48,511 bases of DNA from Lysobacterales bacterium (GTDB taxonomy: Bacteria > Pseudomonadota > Gammaproteobacteria > Xanthomonadales > Xanthomonadaceae). Both the position numbers and the translations under genes were made by a program. The first letter of the stretch is position 1. Every line of letters begins with the position of its first letter. The notes beneath the pieces were generated by a model. The model was not told the origin of the DNA, ran no database searches, and saw only the letters and a list, made by a program, of their open reading frames with translations. The stretch lies in the NCBI GenBank assembly GCA_020442545.1, contig JAGRJX010000052.1, forward strand, positions 1 to 48,511, read 5' to 3'. Positions 20,615 to 29,196 of the stretch are shown here, piece after piece.

Positions 20615-22483
20615 TCACTCCGGCAGCTTTGGATCGGTTTCCGGCTCCGCTGCCGGCACCCTGGCGCCGGGCGATGTCGCCGGCTCGCGCCGGGTTGCGG
20701 GGTTGACCAGCGAGGTCAGCACCCAGCCGGGCTTGGGGTCGAGCCGGTCGAGGCCGGTGCCGATGCGCAGGCGACCCTTGTCGGTGGTCGCGAACAGCGG
20801 CAGCGGGCTGTCATCGTACTGGCCGAGGAACTTCTGGAAGTCGAATTCTTCGGTGATGCGGGTCTGCTTCAGCACCCAGCCTTCGTCCAGCCGCTCGTTG
20901 ATTTCGTCGTGCGTGATGTCTTCACCAAACAACCGCGGTGCCTGCAGCGGCTGTGAAAAGTCCTTTTTCCCCCTGCCCTGTTCGGCGCTGACGTTGCGCA
21001 GAAAATAGACACGCTCCTTGCCGAACTCCGGGCGGTAGCGCACGCAGGCCAGGGTGTTCAGTTCGCGGCGCGTGGACATGGCCAGCAGGCGGCCGATACC
21101 GATCAGGTCGAGATGACGGTCGGCGTGCTCGGACACCGGATCACCGTAGTAGCTGCGCAGCCCGGCCATGCGCGCCGCGCGGATACCGCCCCAGTCATCA
21201 TCCGCAACCAGCACGTCAAATCCCTGCTTGTGCAGCGATTCACCGACCAGGGTGCCGATCTGCGAAGCACCTACGATCAGCACGCCACGCGGATCGGGCT
21301 CGGCCACGCCCAGCCAGCGCGCCAGCGGTCGTGCCGTGGCGCTGTTGATGACCACGGTGCCGATGATCAGCAGGAAGGTCAGCGGCACCAGCGCGTCCGC
21401 GCCCTTCATCCCCTGCTCTTCCAGCTTCAGCGCGAACAGCGCGGAGACCGCGGCGGCAACGATGCCGCGTGGCGCGATCCATGCCAGCAGCGCGCGCTCT
21501 TTCCACTTCAGGTTGCTGCCCATGGTGCCGAACAGCACGGACAGCGGACGGATCACCAGCATGGCGGCGAGCAAAATCAGCCCGCCGGTCATCAGCAGCT
21601 GTGGCGTCGGCCAGTGCAGGCGCGCAGCGAGCACGATGAACAGCATCGAGATCAGCAGCGTCGACAGGTGTTCCTTGAAGTCGAGGATGTCCTCCATGTG
21701 CAGTGCGCGCTGGTTGGCCATGACCATGCCCATCACGGTGACGGCGAGCAGGCCGGATTCCTCGGCCAGCGCGTTGGACAGGGCAAAGGCCAGCAGCAGC
21801 ATGGCCAGCGTGGCGTAGTTCTGCAGGTATTCCGGGACCAGGTGACGGCGCAGTAGCCAGCTGAGCACGACGGCGACAGCCACGCCGATCACGCTGCCAT
21901 AAAGCACGGTGATGCCGAACACCATCACGCCGTGGTCGCCATGGCCCAGCGCGATGGCTTCGAACACCAGCACGGCGAGCAGCGCGCCGATCGGGTCGAT
22001 GATGATGCCCTCCCAGCGCAGTACGTTGGCGATGCGCGCATTGGGCCGCACGCTGCGCAGCATCGGCACGATCACGGTCGGTCCGGTAACGCAGGTCAAA
22101 GCGCCGAACAGCAGTGCCAGGGACCAGCCCAGCCCGCCGATGTAGTGCGCGGCGGCAGCCAGTCCAAAAAAGGCGATGGCCGCACCCAGGCTGACCAGGT
22201 TGAGGATCGCCGGGCCGAGGCCACGGATCTCGGAGAAACGCAGCGTCAGGCTGCCCTCGAACAGGATCACAGCAACGCCCAGCGACACAAACGGGAACAG
22301 CAGATCACCCAGCGCGGCGTCGGGATGGAACGCCCAATCCGGCGCCAGCCAGCGCATCACCGGCCCCAGCACAATGCCGGACAGCAGCAGGAACAGGATC
22401 GCCGGCAGCTTCACCCGCCAGGCAATCCACTGGCAAAGGAATCCGAGCAGCAGCAGCAGGGCGATCAGCAGGCTTCCGGTCAT
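20615..22483 (-). CDS. Cation:proton antiporter (Na+/H+ exchanger family) with C-terminal RCK/TrkA-N domain
   Basis: About 400-aa polytopic N-terminal domain. It is followed by a Rossmann-type segment VLIVGASQIGTLVGESLHKQGFDVLVAD. Confidence 0.85.
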   Translation of the reverse strand: MTGSLLIALLLLLGFLCQWIAWRVKLPAILFLLLSGIVLGPVMRWLAPDWAFHPDAALGDLLFPFVSLGVAVILFEGSLTLRFSEIRGLGPAILNLVSLGAAIAFFGLAAAAHYIGGLGWSLALLFGALTCVTGPTVIVPMLRSVRPNARIANVLRWEGIIIDPIGALLAVLVFEAIALGHGDHGVMVFGITVLYGSVIGVAVAVVLSWLLRRHLVPEYLQNYATLAMLLLAFALSNALAEESGLLAVTVMGMVMANQRALHMEDILDFKEHLSTLLISMLFIVLAARLHWPTPQLLMTGGLILLAAMLVIRPLSVLFGTMGSNLKWKERALLAWIAPRGIVAAAVSALFALKLEEQGMKGADALVPLTFLLIIGTVVINSATARPLARWLGVAEPDPRGVLIVGASQIGTLVGESLHKQGFDVLVADDDWGGIRAARMAGLRSYYGDPVSEHADRHLDLIGIGRLLAMSTRRELNTLACVRYRPEFGKERVYFLRNVSAEQGRGKKDFSQPLQAPRLFGEDITHDEINERLDEGWVLKQTRITEEFDFQKFLGQYDDSPLPLFATTDKGRLRIGTGLDRLDPKPGWVLTSLVNPATRREPATSPGARVPAAEPETDPKLPE

Positions 22484-22569
22484 GGGCAGTCAGTCATCCA
22501 TACGATGTTGAGCGCGCATGATGCGCAATCGTGCCGGCGGGCGCGAGTCGGCGCGGACAAGTTGATGGC

Positions 22570-22974
22570 TCAGCCACCAATGACCTTGCGCGGCAGGCCG
22601 TCGTTGTCCAGCTTCACCCAGTCGACGTGGTGGTCCCAGAACACGTGAGCCTGCGGTGCACGGTCCAGCGGGCCGTCGAAATTGGCGACAACAACATGCA
22701 GCTCGCCCGCCCAGCGCTGCGAGCGGAACAGCAGGGTGCTGCCGCAACGCGAACAGAAGCCGCGCTCGGCGCCGGGACTGGATCCAAACCAGGTCAGCCG
22801 GCTGTCCGGATCAGCAATGCGGCATTGCTCACCCTCGAAGCCGGCCCAGGTGACGAAGGCCGCGCCATGCGCGCATCGGCACATCGTGCAATGACAGTGC
22901 GCCACCCACTTTGTAGGCAACGTGGCTTCGATGCGAACCGCGCCGCACAGGCAGTTTGCTGTCGCGATGCTCAC
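22570..22974 (-). CDS. GFA/CENP-V family Cys-rich zinc protein (glutathione-dependent formaldehyde-activating-like)
   Basis: Cys motifs CLCGAVR, CHCTMCR and CSRCGS. The proposed GTG start at 22974 forms a GTGA overlap with the stop of the upstream acyltransferase. The longer ORF to 23127 would overlap that gene by about 150 nt. Confidence 0.75.
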   Translation of the reverse strand: MSIATANCLCGAVRIEATLPTKWVAHCHCTMCRCAHGAAFVTWAGFEGEQCRIADPDSRLTWFGSSPGAERGFCSRCGSTLLFRSQRWAGELHVVVANFDGPLDRAPQAHVFWDHHVDWVKLDNDGLPRKVIGG

Positions 22975-23582
22975 GACGTGGCTCCAGTGGTCGCGGCTCT
23001 GGCGTGCTTGCCCTGCCACTGCGAGTAGATCTCGCGGAGCTGCTGCATGTCCGTGCCGATGTCTTCGCTGGGCATGAACAGCGGACCGATGCCGACGGTC
23101 TTTTCCGGGTAGTGGAAGAAGGCACACAGGATCGGCACCTGCGCCTGCCGCGCGATGCGCCAGAAGCCGCTCTTCCAGCGATCAACCGCACTGCGCGTGC
23201 CTTCGGGCGTGATCACCAGCCACAGCTTGTCGGCTTGCGCAAAGCGCTGCGCCACCGTCTCCACCAGGCCTCCCGGCGCATTGCGATCAACCGGAATCCC
23301 GCCGATACGGCGAAGGAACCAGCCCAGCGGCCCCCAGAACAGCGAGCGCTTGGCCAGGAACTCCACGCGCAGATCCAGCGCCCATTTCGCCAGCAGGCCC
23401 CAGATGAAGTCCCAGTTCGAGGTGTGCGGCGCGATGATGAACATCAGTTTCTTCTGATCCGGCAGCTCACCGGCGACCTTCCAGCCGCAAAGGCGCAGCA
23501 GGCTACGACCCAGCCAGCGGGTGAAGCGGCCATGCACGCGCGGCGTGGACGGTGGTAGCGGCAAGGCGGTGCGATCCGTCAT
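22971..23582 (-). CDS. Lysophospholipid/1-acyl-glycerol-3-phosphate acyltransferase family protein (paralog 2)
   Basis: HX4D motif (APHTSNWD) and PEGTR motif. 203 aa. Start/stop overlap of 4 nt with paralog 1. Confidence 0.82.
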   Translation of the reverse strand: MTDRTALPLPPSTPRVHGRFTRWLGRSLLRLCGWKVAGELPDQKKLMFIIAPHTSNWDFIWGLLAKWALDLRVEFLAKRSLFWGPLGWFLRRIGGIPVDRNAPGGLVETVAQRFAQADKLWLVITPEGTRSAVDRWKSGFWRIARQAQVPILCAFFHYPEKTVGIGPLFMPSEDIGTDMQQLREIYSQWQGKHARAATTGATS

Positions 23583-24262
23583 TCGACGACTTCCTTGATT
23601 GCTTCCGACGCAACCTGCGTCGCGGAACCGGGAGCGCTTCCACGACCCAGCTTGCGCCAGCCATCGTTACGCGGGTTGGCACCCGGGTACTGCGCGTAGT
23701 GGGCGTACAGGCGCAGCAGGTCGGCGTCGCGGTCTTCGGTCATTCGCACGGTGGGCCCGACACAGATGCGCTTGTTCGCGTAGTCGAAGGCCGCGCACAT
23801 CACCGGCACGTCCGCACCACGGGCGATGTGCCAGAAGCCCGACTTCCACTTCGGCACCGCCTTTCGTGTGCCCTCCGGCGCCAGCAGGAACCACAGGCGT
23901 TCGTGGTTGCGCAGCAACGAGGAGGCTTCACCGACCATGCCGTGGGCCCGGCTGCGATCCACCGGTCGCACACCGAGCCAGCGCAGCAGCGGTCCCAGCG
24001 GCCAGCGGAACAGCTCGGCCTTGGCGATGATGCAGACATCCAGACCCAGCGCGAGCTTGCCGATCAGTCCCCACGCGCCGTCCCACCAGCTGGTATGCGG
24101 CGCGGCGATGATCAGCAGATTCGGGTGATCCGGAAACTCACCCTCGATGCGCCAACCAGCGAGTCGAAGACAGAAGCGGCCAAAGGCGCGGGCAAAGCCA
24201 CCGTGCTTGCGTGGCGCGCAGTCGGGTAAGGCGGCGAGAAAGGGGTAGCGCGAATCCTGCAT
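23579..24262 (-). CDS. Lysophospholipid/1-acyl-glycerol-3-phosphate acyltransferase family protein (paralog 1)
   Basis: HX4D motif (APHTSWWD) and PEGTR motif. 227 aa, alignable along its length with the downstream paralog. No obvious SD before the ATG. Confidence 0.8.
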   Translation of the reverse strand: MQDSRYPFLAALPDCAPRKHGGFARAFGRFCLRLAGWRIEGEFPDHPNLLIIAAPHTSWWDGAWGLIGKLALGLDVCIIAKAELFRWPLGPLLRWLGVRPVDRSRAHGMVGEASSLLRNHERLWFLLAPEGTRKAVPKWKSGFWHIARGADVPVMCAAFDYANKRICVGPTVRMTEDRDADLLRLYAHYAQYPGANPRNDGWRKLGRGSAPGSATQVASEAIKEVVE

Positions 24263-24271
24263 TCGGCCATT

Positions 24272-24363
24272 CTAGGGCAAGGCTGAACAACTATCCGCCA
24301 CCGGCATGACTCTCAATCAGGCGTGCGGTGACGGTGGTGGATACTGGCTCAGCGTTGCCCTGG
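24272..24363. repeat. Inverted pair of a 32-44 bp repeat family (inverted arm 24272-24303, forward copy 24320-24363)
   Basis: By manual alignment, ctagggcaaggctgaacaactatccgccaccg matches the reverse complement of cggtggtggatactggctcagcgttgccctgg at 26 of 32 positions. The forward copy reappears at 28525-28568. Confidence 0.75.
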
Positions 24364-24400
24364 TTGCAGGGCCCGGATTCGTCAGCCCGCCGGCAGCCCA

Positions 24401-27400
24401 CTACTCAAAGCCATCGGCGAAGAGGCTGGCATCCAGATACGTCAGTCGGACCGATTCGATCAGCGCCGCTGTCCCGGAGAGATAGCCGGTGCCGATGCTG
24501 TAGCCGCGTGCACGCAGCCACAGGTTCTGATTGCGTGGCAGGCTCTGGCCGGTCAGCTGCCAGCCGTCGGCTACGCGTTCGCCGGGACCCAGCGACGTCC
24601 AGGTCTGGCCATCGCTCGATTGTTCGAACCAGACCTCGAATAATCGGGGCGCACTGCCGCCGCGCTGCCAGTGGATGCTGCCATCCAGGGTTGCATCGAG
24701 TGTCTGCAATGCTGCATCGGGCGTATCGAGCCTGGCCAGCATCTGTTGGGTCCTGTCATTGATGCGCGTGAAATTTCCGCTGACCAGGACCTTGCCATCC
24801 GCTTGTTGACTGAGGTGCACCATCGCGCTGGTGTCCAGGTCGGTGGTGAAATCAAAGTCGGCATCCAGGCTGCCGTCGGTATTGAATCGCGCGATGTCGG
24901 CACGCGGCTGTCCACGAATGGTATTGAACCTGCCAGCCACCATGGCGCGGCCTTCGGCGTCCAGCGAAACCGAGGTAACCCAGTCGTCAGCGCCATCACC
25001 ACTGCCGCCCGCATTGAAGCTGGCGTCGACGCTGCCATTCGTGTTCAGGCGGGCCAGGTTCAGGAACTGGGAATTTGCCTGACCAAAGTCGCCGCCAACG
25101 ACCAGCTTGCCGTCGGCTTGTTGGGCCATGCCATAGACGCGGCTGTTGGCGCCAAGAACACCACTGAGCGACAGTGTCGTGTCTGTGCTGCCATCCGGAT
25201 TCAAACGCAGGATGGCGCCGTAGCCACTGGCCAGCAATTTGCCGTCCGGCGCCTTGGCCATGGCGTCGACCGTGTTGCCAGCACCGCTGAAAGCGACGCC
25301 GGGGTCGAAGCTGGTATCGGCGCTACCGTCGGCATTGAGCAGGGCGAGGCGATGCCGCGTCGCTCCACCGATCTGGCTGAAGCCACCAGATACCATGAGT
25401 TTGCCATCCGACCAGGGGAGCACCTTTTCTACGGGGCCATCCGCGTTGGCGACGAAACTCAGGTCGGGGCTGCCGTCGGCATTGAGGCGGGCGAGGTAGC
25501 TCAGCGCCTGACCATTGATCTCGGTGAAACTGCCACCGACGATCCAGCGACCATCGGGTAGCGGGATGATCGCCAGCACTCTGGGAAAACCCTCAAAGGG
25601 AGGATTGCCGTCTGCAACGAAGCCGGAATCGATGCGGCCGGTTTCGTCGAGAAGGGCCAGCTTGCGTCGCGGACTGTCGGCAAGGACGGGAAACTGGCCG
25701 CCCACCAGCACTTTTCCGTCCGGTCGCGAGGTCAGGCTCTGAACGTAGTAGGACTCGCCCTGGTAATGCCCGGCGTTGACGAATTCGTCGAGGCGACCCT
25801 GCGGATTCAGCAGGGCGAGGCGGTCGCGCAGTCGTCCGCCGATGCGCGCGAACTGCCCTCCCGCCACCACCTTGCCATCGTCACGCACGGCGAGCGCGCC
25901 CACGATGCCGTCTGCCTCGGGATCGAACCCGCCATCCAGACTCCCGTCCAGGCGCAGGCGGGCGATGTGATGGCGTGGTTGTCCGGCGATGCTGGAAAAC
26001 GCGCCCCCGAGCAGAATGCGACCGTCAGGCTGCATCAGCAGGCTATCGATCGCAGCGTCGGCATCGGGATCGAAACCGGCATCAAGGCTGCCGTCGCGGT
26101 TGAGGCGGGCGATGCGATGGCGCACCTGGCCGTCGACGCTCATGAAGCCACCGGCCAGCAGTAGCTTGCCGTCTGGCTGCAGCACCAGACTGCCGATCCA
26201 GTCGTCGGCGCCGGGGTCGAAGCTGCTGTCGAGGCTACCGTCGGGATGCAGGCGTGCGAGATGGGATCGGTTCTGGCTTTCGACCGAGCTGAACCAGCCG
26301 CCCAGCAGGATCCGGTCATCCGTTTGTACGGCGACGCTCAGCACTTCGTTGTCGACCGTCGGGACGAAGGCGCCGTCAAGGCTGCCGTCTGCATTCAGGC
26401 GTGCCAGGTATTGCTGCGGCTGGCCAGTGATTTCTGTGAACGCGCCGCCGATCAGCAGCTTGCCGTCGGTTTGCACGACGATGCTGTTCACGGCCTGGTT
26501 GGGCGCTGGGTCGAAGGCGAGGTCCAGACTGCCGTCCGGGTTCAGGCGTGCGAGGTGCTGGCGGACTTGACCGGCGATTTCGGTGAAGTCACCACCTACC
26601 AGCAGTTTGCCGTCGTCCTGAACGACCAGGCTTCGCACTTCGCCATTGGCGACGGGGTCGAAGGTCGCATCCAGGCTGAAATCGGGGTTAATGCGGGCGA
26701 TGAAGTCGCGCGGCTCGCCGAGCACTTCGGTGAAGTCGCCACCCACGACGGTTGCCCCATCGGCCTGCACGGCGAGGGCCAGCGTCTCGGCATTGCTGCC
26801 AAAGGTGAAGCTGTCGAGTGTCCCGTCGCTGTTGAAGCGGGCGATGCGGTTGCGTGTTCGATGTCCGGCGACGGTGAAGTCGCCGCCAATCACGACCTTG
26901 CCATCGGCCTGCACGACCAGGCCAAAAACCTGGGCATTTGCGTCGGGATCGAAGTACGGATCGACGCTGCCGTCGGTGCCAAGTCGTGCGACGCGGTTGC
27001 GCGACTTCCCGCCGACGAAAAGGAAGTCCCCGCCCAGCAGGATTTGTCCGTCGGGCTGCAGGGCCATGGTCGATATGACCCAGTCGGTGTCGACGTCGAA
27101 ACCGCCGTCAATGCTGCCGTTCGCATTGAGTCTGACGAGATTGCGTTGGCTCTGCCCATTGACCATGGAAAACTTGCCGCCGGCCAGGATCCTGCCGTCG
27201 GCTTGCACCAGCACCTTGTTGACCACGACGGAGAGCTCCGGAAAGGCGAGGCTTGGGCTAAAGGTGTTGTCCAGGCTGCCGTCCATGTTCAGCCGGGCAA
27301 GGTACGGTTGCGATTGTCCGTGGATTTGCAGGAAGCCGCCGCCGACCACGACCTTGCCGTCAGTCTGCACAGCCACCGTCTGTGCACCTGGGGAAGCGCC

Positions 27401-28018
27401 ACCAGTCAGCGCGGGATCGGCGAAGCTGGCATCAACGCTGCCGTCCGCGGCATTCAGTCGAACCACGCCGCTGTGGGCGGTGCCATCAACTAGATAGAAA
27501 CGGCCGGCAGCCAGAATCTTGCCATCTGCCTGAAAGCTCATCCCGAACACCGCGTCGTTCACGTCGGGTGTGAAGCTGCTGTCAAAGCTGCCGTCGGTAT
27601 TCAGGCGGGCGAGGTTTGCCTGTGCCTGCCCGTTGGTCTGGGTGAAGGTGCCGCCAATCAACACCTTGCCGTCACCCTGAACAGCGATGCTGGTGACCCA
27701 GGTGGCGTATTGCGAGCCCGTGACGCTGGCATTGAAGCTGGTATCGAGGCTTCCGTCGGTGTTCAGGCGGACGATGCGGGCGACGGTCTGTCCGTCGATC
27801 TGGGTGAAACCGCCGCCGACCAGCAACTTGCCGTCTGCCTGACTGGCTACGGGCCACACCAGGTCGTTGGCATTGGGGTCGAACCCGTTCTGGGCCTGCA
27901 CGGCGCTGCATAGCATGAGGAACAGGCTGGCGAGCCAGAGCTGCAGGCCGACGCTGTGTCTGCGACGGTGCATGCCCGGTTGGCCGTCATGCCCCGAAGA
28001 TACTGTCCGATCCTTCAT
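24401..28018 (-). CDS. Secreted 21-unit repeat protein (delta-60 repeat / DUF5122 beta-propeller-like)
   Basis: 1205-aa ORF with signal peptide ...LQLWLASLFLMLCSAVQAQ. I count 21 tandem units of the form vQxDGKxLvGGxFTxixGQxrxxlARLNxDGSLDxxFdP. GAGG lies 8 nt before the ATG at 28018; an alternative ATG is at 27973. The C-terminal ~110 aa is non-repeat. Confidence 0.85.
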   Translation of the reverse strand: MKDRTVSSGHDGQPGMHRRRHSVGLQLWLASLFLMLCSAVQAQNGFDPNANDLVWPVASQADGKLLVGGGFTQIDGQTVARIVRLNTDGSLDTSFNASVTGSQYATWVTSIAVQGDGKVLIGGTFTQTNGQAQANLARLNTDGSFDSSFTPDVNDAVFGMSFQADGKILAAGRFYLVDGTAHSGVVRLNAADGSVDASFADPALTGGASPGAQTVAVQTDGKVVVGGGFLQIHGQSQPYLARLNMDGSLDNTFSPSLAFPELSVVVNKVLVQADGRILAGGKFSMVNGQSQRNLVRLNANGSIDGGFDVDTDWVISTMALQPDGQILLGGDFLFVGGKSRNRVARLGTDGSVDPYFDPDANAQVFGLVVQADGKVVIGGDFTVAGHRTRNRIARFNSDGTLDSFTFGSNAETLALAVQADGATVVGGDFTEVLGEPRDFIARINPDFSLDATFDPVANGEVRSLVVQDDGKLLVGGDFTEIAGQVRQHLARLNPDGSLDLAFDPAPNQAVNSIVVQTDGKLLIGGAFTEITGQPQQYLARLNADGSLDGAFVPTVDNEVLSVAVQTDDRILLGGWFSSVESQNRSHLARLHPDGSLDSSFDPGADDWIGSLVLQPDGKLLLAGGFMSVDGQVRHRIARLNRDGSLDAGFDPDADAAIDSLLMQPDGRILLGGAFSSIAGQPRHHIARLRLDGSLDGGFDPEADGIVGALAVRDDGKVVAGGQFARIGGRLRDRLALLNPQGRLDEFVNAGHYQGESYYVQSLTSRPDGKVLVGGQFPVLADSPRRKLALLDETGRIDSGFVADGNPPFEGFPRVLAIIPLPDGRWIVGGSFTEINGQALSYLARLNADGSPDLSFVANADGPVEKVLPWSDGKLMVSGGFSQIGGATRHRLALLNADGSADTSFDPGVAFSGAGNTVDAMAKAPDGKLLASGYGAILRLNPDGSTDTTLSLSGVLGANSRVYGMAQQADGKLVVGGDFGQANSQFLNLARLNTNGSVDASFNAGGSGDGADDWVTSVSLDAEGRAMVAGRFNTIRGQPRADIARFNTDGSLDADFDFTTDLDTSAMVHLSQQADGKVLVSGNFTRINDRTQQMLARLDTPDAALQTLDATLDGSIHWQRGGSAPRLFEVWFEQSSDGQTWTSLGPGERVADGWQLTGQSLPRNQNLWLRARGYSIGTGYLSGTAALIESVRLTYLDASLFADGFE

Positions 28019-28524
28019 TGCTTCGACCTCGCTGCAGCTACGCCATGTCGAGGCTCTGTGCGCGGCACTGATGATTTAGCGTCGTGCGAGCCTTCTCTCG
28101 CCTTTCACTGGGATTGTCGTAGTGAAGACCCGATACGGCGCGCGCAGTGCCTGGAGGCCCTAGACCGCGCAGCCGCGGTCGCCGCGTCCGACGCCTTTTG
28201 CATTCTGGACGTCGGACCGCGTCACCGGACAACAACGCACGATAAGGGCCATGGGCAAGCCCTGTCCAATGCAGGAGCCGAGTGAGTCTTCCGGTCATCG
28301 AATCCCCACGATGTGCTGGATCGAACAGATCCAGCACGATGCACAGCTACAGCTTGCCCTCGCAAGTCTTGATCTCGCTGATGTCGGTGACCGACTTGGT
28401 CTCCGGCTCCTACTTCCGCCGCCGGCATGATGTCCCAATCGCACGCCCGTCGCACGGCCCAGCGCGCCGTCGTCTCGACAGACGGCCAGTCTGCCTTCGC
28501 CGACGCCACTCGATCCGCACGACG

Positions 28525-28568
28525 GGCGTGCGGTGACGGTGGCGGATACTTGTTCAGCGTTGCCCTGG
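28525..28568. repeat. Solo forward copy of the 44-bp repeat seen at 24320-24363
   Basis: ggcgtgcggtgacggtggcggatacttgttcagcgttgccctgg differs from the 24320-24363 copy at 3 of 44 positions. It lies 18 nt beyond the arfB stop. Confidence 0.8.
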
Positions 28569-28585
28569 CCCGTATGGAACGGTGC

Positions 28586-29005
28586 TCAGTCCCAACTTCC
28601 TTTCTTTCGCCCCGACTTGATCTGCCCGCGCTGTTTCTTGGCCTGGATGCGGCGTTCCTTGGCGGCGCGGCTGGGCCGGGTGGCGATGCGCGGCTTGTCG
28701 ACTTCCAGCGATTTCGCGATCCAGTCGATCAAGCGCTGGCGGGCATCCTCGCGGTTGCGATCCTGGCTGCGGAAACGCCGTGCCTGGATCACCATCACGC
28801 CGTCGTCGGTCAGCCGGCGATCGCGCCGCGACAGCAGGCGCTGGCGCTGCCAGTCATCTAGGCTCGGCGAATTCGCCACGTCAAAGCGCAGCTCCACCGC
28901 CGTCGCCACCTTGTTGACGTTTTGCCCACCCGGCCCCGGCGAGCGGATGAAACTCTCCGACAGCTCGGATTCCGGAATATGAAGGCGGGAGTTGACGACC
29001 AGCAT
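28586..29005 (-). CDS. arfB: Alternative ribosome-rescue factor ArfB (YaeJ, peptidyl-tRNA hydrolase with GGQ motif)
   Basis: 139 aa from MLVVNSRLHIPESEL. Contains the GGQ motif in SPGPGGQNVNKV and a basic C-terminal tail (KKQRGQIKSGRKKGSWD). Confidence 0.9.
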   Translation of the reverse strand: MLVVNSRLHIPESELSESFIRSPGPGGQNVNKVATAVELRFDVANSPSLDDWQRQRLLSRRDRRLTDDGVMVIQARRFRSQDRNREDARQRLIDWIAKSLEVDKPRIATRPSRAAKERRIQAKKQRGQIKSGRKKGSWD

Positions 29006-29196
29006 GGCGACAAGTGTCAGCCGAACTTGCAAAGGGGGCGCAGCTGTTTGTCTCCTTCTCCCGGGAGCGGGGTGAGCGGACATGCCTGCGGGCCATGGCC
29101 CGCATGTCCAGCGAACGCCCAAGCCGTGCCGGCGAGGGCCGAGCGCGGAGCGAGGCTGGGATGAGGGTGGAGCTTCGAGAGGAGCATGCGAAGAAC

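Noticed and set aside
22975-23127. N-terminal extension of the GFA-family ORF to the ATG at 23127
   Set aside because: It would overlap the upstream acyltransferase gene by about 150 nt. The extension is Arg/His-rich and lies outside the GFA domain, and the GTG at 22974 gives a GTGA coupling junction.
24328-24762. ORFs 24328-24762 and 28533-28982 share an N-terminus (MTVVDTGSALPW / MTVADTCSALPW), suggesting paralogous genes
   Set aside because: The similarity is confined to the 44-bp DNA repeat. Beyond it both ORFs run antisense to real genes (the repeat protein and arfB) and diverge completely.
24671-27493. Several 130-415-aa + strand ORFs inside the repeat-protein gene (for example 24671-25561 and 26246-27493)
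   Set aside because: They are antisense reflections of the periodic coding repeats. The minus-strand frame has the signal peptide, an SD and a coherent repeat motif.
24401-28018. Periodic DNA repeats of roughly 150-165 bp, considered as a possible CRISPR or satellite array
   Set aside because: The units are diverged at the DNA level and lie in one continuous reading frame encoding a protein motif. There is no short identical repeat with unique-spacer architecture and no cas genes.
28038-28536. Small ORFs (84-99 aa, both strands) in the leader of the repeat-protein gene
   Set aside because: There is no start context and no recognisable family, the frames overlap one another, and composition is typical of random high-GC frames. 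The most protein-like stretch (EPETKSVTDISEIKTCEGKL) is only 20 codons and is preceded by an in-frame TAG.
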